A stretch of 14,764 bases of DNA from a bacterium (GCA_037444445.1 JBBIMK010000036.1:1-14764), one strand, 5' to 3'. Positions 7,085-14,726 are shown, counted from the stretch's first letter. Notes: a model not told the origin generated them from the letters alone. Program-made: numbers and translations.

Positions 7085-8392
7085 GTGAGTTTGATAGGCT
7101 TAAAAGCGGTTGAGATGGAAGAGATTTTACGACGATTATTTTCTTACCTGAAATGGCTGTATCCCGGGATGCAGGTGAAGAGATGGATGTTCCTGATGGG
7201 GGTGGGGATACTGATTCTGGCAACGGGGCTGGTGGTGCTGTTCAAAGACCTGGCTCTACCCCCAGGGCTGGAATACCTGCATCCGCTGTGGGGCCTGGTC
7301 TTCGTGGTCTTCGGCGCCATAGCGACGGCGTATGGCTTCCGCAAAGCGAACCGCTCCATCGTGAGTGCGGTTTCCCCTGAGAAAGAGGATAAAATTGTAG
7401 AACTGGTGTATTCCAAGCGGTATCTCACCCGACGCCCGAAATTCGTGGTGATTGGAGGAGGAACGGGGCTACACAATTTGCTGCGAGGGTTAAAGAATTT
7501 TTCCAGTAATCTGAATGCGGTGGTCACAGTAGCGGATGACGGAGGGAGTTCGGGGCGATTGCGGAGGGAATTGAGCATCCCCCCACCGGGTGATATTCGC
7601 AACTGCCTCGCCGCATTGGCAGAAGCAGAGCCTCAACTGGGAAAATTGCTCCAGTTCCGCTTCCAGGAGGGAGAGGAACTCCGGGGTCATAATATGGGAA
7701 ACCTGCTGATTGCGGCTATGACACAGATGGCAGGGAGTTTTGACCGGGCGGTGGAAGAACTCTCCCGCGTCCTTGCCATCCGGGGGCGGGTGCTTCCCTC
7801 CGCCCTTACCCCGGTGAATCTCGTGGCTATTATGGCGGACGGAAGCGTGATTCAGGGTGAGTCGGACATCCCTCATTCCCGAAAGCGCATCGTGGATATG
7901 CGGCTGAACCCGGCTGTGAAAGCCAATCCTCAGGTCCTGGAGTCTATTCGTGAAGCAGATTATATCCTGCTGGGTCCGGGGAGCCTGTTCACCAGCATCG
8001 TGCCCAATCTTTTAGTAGAGGGCGTGGCGGATGCCATCCATGCCTCCCCTGCGGTGAAAATTTATGTTTGCAATATTATGACACAACCCGGAGAGACGGA
8101 TGATTTTACCGCAGAAGACCACCTTCGCATCATTCTGAAATACCTCTCCACAGTGGAATTTATGATTATCAACCGATGGGTGCCGAATCGCCTCAAACGA
8201 AAGTATGAGAGTGAAGGCGCCTATCCAGTGAAATATGATGTGGTGGAAATTTTGAAGATGGGCGTTCGCCCTGTGGTGAGAGAACTGGTGGACATCCGCT
8301 CCGAGTTTGCCCGTCATGACCCGTCTCTTCTGGCTCAAACGGTAATGGAAATCGCCGGGCAGGCGCGGAAAAGCGTGGCGGGAGGTGGTTAA
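7085..8392 (+). CDS. yvcK: gluconeogenesis factor YvcK / CofD-like (UPF0052) family protein with N-terminal membrane extension
   Basis: The core starts at FVVIGGGTGLHNLLRGLK...VVTVADDGGSSGRLRRE...GDIRNCL. About 115 N-terminal residues carry two hydrophobic helices (WMFLMGVGILILATGLVVLF, LWGLVFVVFGAIATAYGF). Start is GTG 7085 or ATG 7115. Confidence 0.9.
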   Translation: MSLIGLKAVEMEEILRRLFSYLKWLYPGMQVKRWMFLMGVGILILATGLVVLFKDLALPPGLEYLHPLWGLVFVVFGAIATAYGFRKANRSIVSAVSPEKEDKIVELVYSKRYLTRRPKFVVIGGGTGLHNLLRGLKNFSSNLNAVVTVADDGGSSGRLRRELSIPPPGDIRNCLAALAEAEPQLGKLLQFRFQEGEELRGHNMGNLLIAAMTQMAGSFDRAVEELSRVLAIRGRVLPSALTPVNLVAIMADGSVIQGESDIPHSRKRIVDMRLNPAVKANPQVLESIREADYILLGPGSLFTSIVPNLLVEGVADAIHASPAVKIYVCNIMTQPGETDDFTAEDHLRIILKYLSTVEFMIINRWVPNRLKRKYESEGAYPVKYDVVEILKMGVRPVVRELVDIRSEFARHDPSLLAQTVMEIAGQARKSVAGGG

Positions 8393-9407
8393 ATTGCCCA
8401 CTCGCCTGGGCATCAATGGCTTCGGACGCATCGGCAGGCAGGTCTTTACTGCCCTCCTGAAAAAGCCAGAGATCCAAACGGTGGCGGTGAATGATATTAC
8501 GGATGCCGCCACTCTGGCTCATCTCTTGAAATATGATTCCAACTATGGTCGGTTCCCTTATCGGGTGGAAGTCAAGGGCTCTCAAATTCTCGTGGATGGT
8601 CACCCCATTCAAGTTCTCTCCATCCGGGAGCCCGAACACATTCCCTGGGGCGACCTGGGGATACATCTCGTGGTGGAATCCACGGGCCTGTTCACGAAGA
8701 AAGAGAAGGCAAACAAGCATCTGAGAGACAGCGTAGAGCGAGTCGTGATTACTGCCCCTTCTTCCGATGCCGATGCGACTCTGGTGATGGGAGTGAATCA
8801 TACTCGCTACGACCCGAACCGCCACCGGGTGATTTCCAATGCTTCCTGCACAACGAACTGTCTGGCTCCCGTGGCAAAGGTGCTGAATGACGCTTTCACG
8901 ATTCAGTCGGGAGTGATGACCACCGTCCATGCGTTTACGAATGACCAACGGGTGCTGGATTTACCCCACAGGGATTTACGACGCGCGCGGGCGGCTTCCC
9001 TGTCCATCATCCCCACCACCACCGGCGCTGCCAGCGCCATCGGCCAGGTCATACCAGAACTCGCAGGAAAATTGAATGGAATTGCTTTGAGAATCCCCAC
9101 CAGCGTAGTGTCGCTGGTAGACCTGGTGGTGGAAGTGCAAAAACCCACTTCCGTTGCGGAGGTGAATCACCTCTTTCAGCAGAAAGCGGCCGGAGACCTG
9201 AAAGGAATTCTCGGATACACGGAAGAGCCACTCGTATCGGTGGATTTTAAGGGCGACCCACATTCCGCCGTCGTGGATGGACTATCCACTATGGTGGTGG
9301 GTGAGAGAACCGTGAAAGTCATTGCCTGGTATGACAACGAAATGGCTTACGCCATGCGGGTCGCCGATTTAGCAGAATATATCCTTCAGCCCGACCATCC
9401 CCGGTGA
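8385..9407 (+). CDS. gap: type I glyceraldehyde-3-phosphate dehydrogenase
   Basis: INGFGRIGR NAD-binding motif and catalytic SNASCTTNCLAP. Start is GTG 8385 or TTG 8394; the latter sits ~6 nt after GGAGGTG. Confidence 0.97.
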   Translation: MVKLPTRLGINGFGRIGRQVFTALLKKPEIQTVAVNDITDAATLAHLLKYDSNYGRFPYRVEVKGSQILVDGHPIQVLSIREPEHIPWGDLGIHLVVESTGLFTKKEKANKHLRDSVERVVITAPSSDADATLVMGVNHTRYDPNRHRVISNASCTTNCLAPVAKVLNDAFTIQSGVMTTVHAFTNDQRVLDLPHRDLRRARAASLSIIPTTTGAASAIGQVIPELAGKLNGIALRIPTSVVSLVDLVVEVQKPTSVAEVNHLFQQKAAGDLKGILGYTEEPLVSVDFKGDPHSAVVDGLSTMVVGERTVKVIAWYDNEMAYAMRVADLAEYILQPDHPR

Positions 9408-10585
9408 AACTACCCTCCCTGCTGGATTTTCCGGTGGCATCGCGGAAAATTCTTGTGCGAGTGGATTTTAATGTTCCTGTGGACGCTGGAAACCTGCGGG
9501 ATGATACCCGAATACGACGGAGCCTCCCGACGATTCAGTATCTCCTGGAGAAAGGAGCCACCGTGATTCTTGCATCCCACTTCGGGCGTCCGAAAGGTAT
9601 CCCACACGAAGAACTCCGCCTGGACCGAGTTGCGCGTCGCCTGGCGAAACTCCTGCAGTCGCCGGTGGTGAAACTGGATGAAATCGTCGGTGAGAGTGTG
9701 AAGCACTCCATCCGCCAGATTCGGAAAGGAGAAGTGATGCTATTGGAGAATCTTCGGTTTGATTCCCGGGAAGAACTGGGAGATGAAGGATTCGCCCTTG
9801 AACTGGCTTCCCTCGCCGATGGCTTTGTGAATGATGCTTTCAGCGTGTGCCATCGCCTGCATGCCTCGGTGAGCGGTGTGGCAAGGCATCTGCCCTCCTG
9901 TGCAGGTTTTCTTCTCCAGGATGAAATCACCCATCTCCTGCCCTTACGCCAGTCGCCGAAAAGACCCTTCAGAGTGGTCATGGGAGGAAAGAAAATCGTG
10001 GATAAAATCCCGCTGTTGAAAACTCTACTGTTCAAAGCCGACCGAATTTTAATCGGTGGTGGCATTGCCAGCACCTTCCTCAATGCCTTCGGCATACACC
10101 CCGGCAGGTCCCCCTGGGAAGCCCCGGCTCTGGAAACTGCGAAAGAAATCCTTCGGTTGGCAGAATCTTCTAACTGTCAGATTTTACTCCCCAGCGACGG
10201 TGTTGCAGTCCATTCAGACACGGGGGAGGTTCTCGGTGCCTTTCCGGTGACACATTTTCCACCAGAGGGCGTAATGAAAGATATTGGACCCGAGACTGCA
10301 TCGCGATATCAGATGGCTCTAAAAGGAGCACAGACACTTTTCTGGAATGGGCCCCTGGGGGTTTTTGAGGAATCTCCCCTGGAAAAAGGAAGCCTCCAGG
10401 TCCTGGATGCGGTCGGAGCACTGCCCGCTTATCGCGTGGCTGGTGGCGGAGAAACCCTTGACCTCTTACGACACACGGGCACCTCCTCTTATTTTGATTT
10501 CATTTCTACAGGTGGAGGCGCCACACTTGCCTTCCTGGCGGAAGAACCTATGCCTGGATTAGTAGCGCTGGAAAAAATGCTATGA
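9404..10585 (+). CDS. pgk: phosphoglycerate kinase
   Basis: RVDFNVP N-terminal motif, SHFGRPKG, and a full-length 393 aa. GTGA overlap with the gap stop. Confidence 0.97.
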   Translation: MKLPSLLDFPVASRKILVRVDFNVPVDAGNLRDDTRIRRSLPTIQYLLEKGATVILASHFGRPKGIPHEELRLDRVARRLAKLLQSPVVKLDEIVGESVKHSIRQIRKGEVMLLENLRFDSREELGDEGFALELASLADGFVNDAFSVCHRLHASVSGVARHLPSCAGFLLQDEITHLLPLRQSPKRPFRVVMGGKKIVDKIPLLKTLLFKADRILIGGGIASTFLNAFGIHPGRSPWEAPALETAKEILRLAESSNCQILLPSDGVAVHSDTGEVLGAFPVTHFPPEGVMKDIGPETASRYQMALKGAQTLFWNGPLGVFEESPLEKGSLQVLDAVGALPAYRVAGGGETLDLLRHTGTSSYFDFISTGGGATLAFLAEEPMPGLVALEKML

Positions 10586-11409
10586 CGACTTCCTTCGCCG
10601 TTACCATCCATGAACGGTTCTTTGTGGCAGGCAACTGGAAGATGTTCAAATCCCCGATAGAAGCCATGCAATACTTTGAAGGAGACACCCTTCTGGACTT
10701 ACCCCTGGATACTGTGGATGTGGTTCTCTTCGTTCCAGATGTATATATCTACCTGCTCCGTCGCCTGGCATGGCAGAAGGGAATCCTTTTAGGGGCTCAG
10801 GATTGCTCTTCGGAAATGGAGGGTCCGTATACAGGAGAAATCTCCCCGGTTATGTTACGGGCTCTTGGATGTGATTTTGTGCTGGCCGGGCATTCGGAAC
10901 GCCGACGGCTCTTCGGTGAAACGGATGACCTGATAGCCCAAAAAACCCGAGCCATTCTCGGTGCCGGTATGACCCCTGTGGTCTGTGTGGGTGAAACCGC
11001 AGAAGAACGCCAGGCAGGCCAGACCTTCTCTACCGTAGAGAGGCAACTCCACGCGGTGCTTCAGGTTCTGAATTACGATGAAACCAACCGAATCCTTGTA
11101 GCCTATGAGCCCGTCTGGGCCATTGGCACGGGCCTGAATTGCTCCCGAGAGGACGCTGAAAAAGTCATCTACCATCTGAAGGAACTCCTCTACCGCCTGC
11201 GATATGCCACTGAACACTTCCGCACCCTCTACGGCGGAAGTGTCACAAGGGAGAATGTGAAAGAATATGCTGCATCCAATCTGATTGATGGAGTATTGGT
11301 AGGTGGAGCCAGCCTCCACCCAAAAATGTTTGTGGATATATCAGTCATTAGCCGGGATGCACGGGTGGCGCTCCTGTCCCGAACAAAGCGATACCCGATG
11401 GAATGGTGA
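10582..11409 (+). CDS. tpiA: triose-phosphate isomerase
   Basis: AGNWKM, AGHSERR, AYEPVWAIGTG and YGGSV motifs. ATGA overlap with the pgk stop. It is somewhat longer than typical at both termini. Confidence 0.95.
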   Translation: MTTSFAVTIHERFFVAGNWKMFKSPIEAMQYFEGDTLLDLPLDTVDVVLFVPDVYIYLLRRLAWQKGILLGAQDCSSEMEGPYTGEISPVMLRALGCDFVLAGHSERRRLFGETDDLIAQKTRAILGAGMTPVVCVGETAEERQAGQTFSTVERQLHAVLQVLNYDETNRILVAYEPVWAIGTGLNCSREDAEKVIYHLKELLYRLRYATEHFRTLYGGSVTRENVKEYAASNLIDGVLVGGASLHPKMFVDISVISRDARVALLSRTKRYPMEW

Positions 11410-11440
11410 AAGCGCCCTACCGGAATCGCTCTCCCTCCTG

Positions 11441-12559
11441 GTGGATGTGAAGGCTTACCTGAAATCCCTCCAAGAATCCCGGATACTCTTCTTCGCTGTT
11501 CCTCTAACCGTGTGGGGAATCGGTCTGCAGGCTTTCCTGGAGGGAGGAATCGGTCCCAAAACCACGCTCCAGATTCTCTGGGTAATCCTCGGCTTCGGCG
11601 TCTTTGCCCTCCTGGGCTTAATAGAACTGCGTCGCTGGAAGCCTTTCATTCCACTGCTCTATGGAGCGATGCTGGGGCTCCTGATACTGGTGTTGCTGGC
11701 GGGAAAAGGGGAAGGAACCCGCCGATGGCTGAGCCTGTGGGGACTCCGACTCCAGCCATCTGAACTGGGCAAGCCCGCTCTTGCCCTTTTCTCCGGGTAT
11801 ATCGTAGAAATGCTCCAGCCGAAAATTTCTCCCTCAGCACTTCTTCTCCTCCTCAGTGTATCCGCTGGCATTCCCGTGCTGCTGATTCTATTAGAGCCAG
11901 ACCTCGGAACGGCCGTCGTTTATGCTGCCATCCTCCTGGGAGTTTTGTATGGCTGTCCATCCCTGAAGCGGAAGCATTTCTATATCCTGGGGCTTTTGCT
12001 CCTTCTTTCCTTTTTCCCCCTCTGGCGGCAATTAAAGCCTTATCAACGAGAAAGGCTGGCGACTTTTTTGAATCCGGGTGCCTCACCCCTCGGGCGAGGG
12101 TATCAACCTCTCCTTTCCCAGTTCATCATCGCTTCGGGAGGCATTCTCGGAAAAGGCTTCACTTCCGAATCCCACCGGGTTCTCACCTATCTTCCAGGGC
12201 GTCAGACGGATTTTATTTTTGCCAGCGTCGCACGAACCACCGGCCTCCTCGGCTCTTCCCTTCTTCTTCTCCTCTACACCCTTTTGTTCCTTCAAATCCT
12301 CCAGTTGACTACCGGAACCCCGAATCCTTTCATCCGTGTGTGCGGATATGGCCTGTGGGCTTATCTGGTATCTCAATCTCTGATAAATCTGGCTGTCACA
12401 GTGGGCCTGGCACCTGTAACGGGCATCCCCTTGCTCTTCCTCTCTTACGGTGGAAGCGGGATGCTGTCCTGTTATTTTACCCTTTCCGTCATCCACAGTT
12501 TTTATCCATTTTACCGTGAGGAGCGACTGCGGAAAACCCGTGAAGCAAGATGGCTATGA
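11441..12559 (+). CDS. FtsW/RodA/SpoVE (SEDS) family peptidoglycan glycosyltransferase
   Basis: Motifs QPSELGKPA, EPDLGTAVV, TDFIFA and PVTGIPLLFLSYGGSGM, with about 10 TM segments. The track start 11303 overlaps tpiA by 107 nt. GTG 11441 or 11447 gives the usual short cytoplasmic N-terminus before TM1, so the start is uncertain. Confidence 0.9.
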   Translation: MDVKAYLKSLQESRILFFAVPLTVWGIGLQAFLEGGIGPKTTLQILWVILGFGVFALLGLIELRRWKPFIPLLYGAMLGLLILVLLAGKGEGTRRWLSLWGLRLQPSELGKPALALFSGYIVEMLQPKISPSALLLLLSVSAGIPVLLILLEPDLGTAVVYAAILLGVLYGCPSLKRKHFYILGLLLLLSFFPLWRQLKPYQRERLATFLNPGASPLGRGYQPLLSQFIIASGGILGKGFTSESHRVLTYLPGRQTDFIFASVARTTGLLGSSLLLLLYTLLFLQILQLTTGTPNPFIRVCGYGLWAYLVSQSLINLAVTVGLAPVTGIPLLFLSYGGSGMLSCYFTLSVIHSFYPFYREERLRKTREARWL

Positions 12560-12631
12560 GAAGATACCCAGATGGAACGCCCCCTCTCCTCACTTTTGAG
12601 GGAAAAATGTAAGCCTTCCCTCATTTTGATG

Positions 12632-12637
12632 TATAAT
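12632..12637 (+). promoter_or_regulatory. perfect -10 hexamer TATAAT upstream of the barrel-protein gene
   Basis: TATAAT at 12632-12637 is followed by AAAGGAGGG (12652-12660) and TTG 12668. I found no convincing -35. Confidence 0.3.
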
Positions 12638-12667
12638 ATGCTATTGAAATCAAAGGAGGGATGCAGA

Positions 12668-13414
12668 TTGAAAAGATGGGTAGCGAAGGCAGCACTGGTG
12701 ATGGCGGGCTCCCTGGTTTTTTTTAGAGCCGGATGGGCATTTGATACCTTCGGAGAATCGGGTCTTTTCCTCACCCCTACCGCTGACACCGTTCCGTTGA
12801 AGGACTTCAAGGTGGGATTCCGAATTCTGGACTGGCCCAGAACCGGCGATGACCTGGTGGGAGGCGGGCTGATTGCAGGTGTTTCCCGCAACATTGAAGT
12901 GGGCTGGGGTATCATTTCCTGGCAGGCTCAGGACCGAAATTCCTTCGGCGTAAAGTACCGATTCTATGAAAATAAAGAAACGGGCTTTAAAGCCGCCGCC
13001 GGCGGAACCTTCTTCATCCGGGGCGGAACCAACACCAAAAATGACCAGGATGGCCTCGGCTATCTCGTGTTCACTTTCCCTTACCAGTTCGGTAATCTAA
13101 CCGCAGGTGGGATGTTCCTCGAGGATAAAGACCGGGATAAAAGGGTGGGCGTCACAGCCAGCATAGATTATGCCATCTACCCCGACATCGTCCTCTACTA
13201 TGAATTCGCCAGCATTTCCCGAATTACCGGCGATGTCATGCATTCCTATGGACTTCGCTATCAACCCACCAGCCGATACCCTATCTATCTGGATTTCGGA
13301 GGCGTTAGCGGAGAATTCACCCCGGGGCAGGGCTTTGAACATATGATTACAGCCGCCATTTCCTTCGGTTACTCCGAACGCTACCTGGAAAGACAGGAGG
13401 AGGGAAACCTCTAA
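12668..13414 (+). CDS. secreted protein, probable outer-membrane beta-barrel of unknown family
   Basis: TTG 12668 lies 7-8 nt after AAAGGAGGG and gives the signal peptide MKRWVAKAALVMAGSLVFFRAGWA/FD. The mature part shows alternating-hydrophobic strands with G/Y/F-rich ends (GVKYRFY, AAAGGTFFI, YLVFTFPY, VTASIDYAIY, IVLYYEFA, YGLRYQP, ITAAISFGY). Confidence 0.7.
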   Translation: MKRWVAKAALVMAGSLVFFRAGWAFDTFGESGLFLTPTADTVPLKDFKVGFRILDWPRTGDDLVGGGLIAGVSRNIEVGWGIISWQAQDRNSFGVKYRFYENKETGFKAAAGGTFFIRGGTNTKNDQDGLGYLVFTFPYQFGNLTAGGMFLEDKDRDKRVGVTASIDYAIYPDIVLYYEFASISRITGDVMHSYGLRYQPTSRYPIYLDFGGVSGEFTPGQGFEHMITAAISFGYSERYLERQEEGNL

Positions 13415-13415
13415 G

Positions 13416-14318
13416 ATAGCGGACCTATCTCACTCCCTTCTCACTTCCTTCATTGACCATCTTTCCTTCGTCCTAAATCTCTCCCCTAAAACGGTATCTG
13501 CCTACCAATCCGATGTGGAAGATTTCCTAACATACTGCACTCAGAATGAACTTTCTCCGATTCACATCCGCCTGAAAGGGATTCGGCGATATATCTCTGA
13601 ACTTTTTTACCGGGAGTATTTATCTTCCAGCGTTCTGAGAAAAATTTCTGCCCTGGGGGCATTCTTTAACTATCTGAAGCAGAGGAAAGTGCGGTATGAT
13701 AACCCGGTGAAGCCCCTGCTTCGGCCGAAGCGGGTTCAGGGGCTTCCCCGCTTCCTCACCGTGGAAGAGGTGGAGCAGTTGCTGGAGGTTCCGGACATTA
13801 CCACGCCCATCGGCATACGAGACCGCACCATTCTGGAGGTGCTATATGCGGGAGGACTGAGAGTTTCCGAACTCTGCGGACTGAATCTCACCGACTACTT
13901 TCCGTTTCAGGGGGAACTCCGCCTCCGGGGAAAGGGAGGGAAAGAAAGGATTGTGCCCTACGGGCTGGAAGCCTCCAGATGGCTTCAGCGATATGTGAAG
14001 GAGGCTCGCCCAATCCTTCAGAAGGCTTCGCCTTCCGGCTCCGCACCCGCCTTCTTTCTGAATTACCGGGGCGAGCGTCTGACTCCCCGGAGTGTGCAGA
14101 AGATTTTGAACGCCTGCGGGCAGGTTCTGAAGAAAAAATCCATCACCCCCCATGTCCTCCGCCACTCTTTCGCCACCCACCTGGTGAATGCAGGTGCCGA
14201 CCTGAGAACAGTTCAAATCCTCCTCGGGCACAGCAGGCTGTCTACCACGCAAATTTATACCCATCTCGTGTTTGACTACCTCCGGAAAGTCTACGACTCC
14301 GCTCTTCCTCGCTCCTGA
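13416..14318 (+). CDS. xerC: XerC/XerD-type tyrosine site-specific recombinase; first canonical start is GTG 13515, but homologous coding sequence begins at about ATA 13416
   Basis: Catalytic residues are present (GLRVSEL, HVLRHSFATH, LLGHSRLSTTQIYTH). The in-frame upstream translation (I)ADLSHSLLTSFIDHLSFVLNLSPKTVSAYQSDVEDF matches the Xer N-terminal helix pattern. Confidence 0.9.
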   Translation: MADLSHSLLTSFIDHLSFVLNLSPKTVSAYQSDVEDFLTYCTQNELSPIHIRLKGIRRYISELFYREYLSSSVLRKISALGAFFNYLKQRKVRYDNPVKPLLRPKRVQGLPRFLTVEEVEQLLEVPDITTPIGIRDRTILEVLYAGGLRVSELCGLNLTDYFPFQGELRLRGKGGKERIVPYGLEASRWLQRYVKEARPILQKASPSGSAPAFFLNYRGERLTPRSVQKILNACGQVLKKKSITPHVLRHSFATHLVNAGADLRTVQILLGHSRLSTTQIYTHLVFDYLRKVYDSALPRS

Positions 14319-14356
14319 AAAAAGGCAAGGGAAAAGTGGGGATTTCCGCAGGCCAT

Positions 14357-14385
14357 TTGACGAACCTGTGGATAGGGTTTATAAT
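14357..14385 (+). promoter_or_regulatory. near-consensus sigma70 promoter: TTGACG, 17-nt spacer, TATAAT
   Basis: TTGACG at 14357-14362, exactly 17 nt of spacer, TATAAT at 14380-14385. It lies in non-coding DNA downstream of the xer gene. Confidence 0.55.
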
Positions 14386-14417
14386 TCATAGTTGGAATGA
14401 GAAACCAGATGGTAGCG

Positions 14418-14431
14418 ACACACACACACAC
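14418..14431. repeat. (AC)7 dinucleotide microsatellite
   Basis: ACACACACACACAC read directly, about 30 nt downstream of the -10 box. Confidence 0.95.
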
Positions 14432-14548
14432 GGTAACTTTTGGGCAGGGGCGTTTTGCCCCTCACCCGCCGGCAAAAAATCCCCACTTTTACGCTATCTT
14501 TCCCGTTATCCTGAACGCAGAACCCATCATTCTGAGCGAAGCGGAAGT

Positions 14549-14590
14549 CCCGATAAAAGCCATCGGGTTCCCGCTGCTTTCCAGCGGGAA
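14549..14590. other. two adjacent stem-loops
   Basis: CCCGAT (14549-14554) pairs with ATCGGG (14562-14567) across a 7-nt loop. TTCCCGCTG (14568-14576) pairs with CAGCGGGAA (14582-14590) across a 5-nt loop. Neither strand has a following T-tract. Confidence 0.5.
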
Positions 14591-14612
14591 ATCTCAACCC
14601 TGAAATGGAGGG

Positions 14613-14726
14613 ATGAAAATGGAAGAACACCTGCGAGAAAATTCGGATGTATGGATTTCCACATGTATCTATAACTCTGAGGGAAATCTCATTGGATTTC
14701 ATCCCCTCACCCCGCTTGAAAAGTAA
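14613..14726 (+). CDS. mini-ORF, 37 aa (MKMEEHLRENSDVWISTCIYNSEGNLIGFHPLTPLEK), unverified
   Basis: GGAGGG lies immediately upstream, with the second ATG at 14619 spaced 6 nt from it. The stop is followed by a GC hairpin. No family recognised. Confidence 0.12.
   Translation: MKMEEHLRENSDVWISTCIYNSEGNLIGFHPLTPLEK

Larger units (their letters stand above)
14332..14490. repeat. 14-bp perfect inverted repeat, AAAAGTGGGGATTT (14332-14345) and AAATCCCCACTTTT (14477-14490), bracketing 131 nt
   Basis: Read directly; the arms are exact reverse complements. The bracket encloses the promoter, the (AC)7 tract and a GGGGC/GCCCC hairpin (14447-14461). Confidence 0.7.

Noticed and set aside
7144-10095. 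Long antisense ORFs over yvcK, gap and pgk (7144..7602, 7490..7876, 8012..8512, 8193..8948, 8976..9263, 9535..10095)
   Set aside because: They lie opposite unambiguous housekeeping genes and have no motifs. These are shadow ORFs expected in GC-rich coding sequence.
11303-11440. Upstream extension of the SEDS ORF to ATG 11303 or 11357
   Set aside because: It would overlap tpiA by 53-107 nt and add a non-conserved Cys/Trp-rich N-terminus. GTG 11441 or 11447 gives the typical short N-terminus before TM1.
12572-12667. Upstream extension of the barrel-protein ORF to ATG 12572
   Set aside because: The extension contains the TATAAT box and the AAAGGAGGG SD. It would also bury the signal peptide 32 residues inside the protein.
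14338-14362. tmRNA-like 5' end (GGGGATTTCC...TTTGACG resembles GGGGCUGAUUCUGGAUUCGACG)
   Set aside because: No T-arm/GGTTCGAATCC-like element or CCA-type 3' end lies downstream, and there is no tag reading frame. The TTGACG is better explained as a -35 box.
14567-14598. CRISPR-repeat-like 32-mer GTTCCCGCTGCTTTCCAGCGGGAAATCTCAAC, with internal palindrome
   Set aside because: It occurs only once. No second copy appears at spacer distance in the remaining ~170 nt, and no cas genes are in the window.
14644-14672. Possible dif-like Xer site (imperfect palindrome GATGTATGGATTTCCACATGTATC) next to the xer gene
   Set aside because: The arms align only with an indel and do not resemble the dif consensus half-sites I remember. 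Xer genes are also not normally adjacent to dif.
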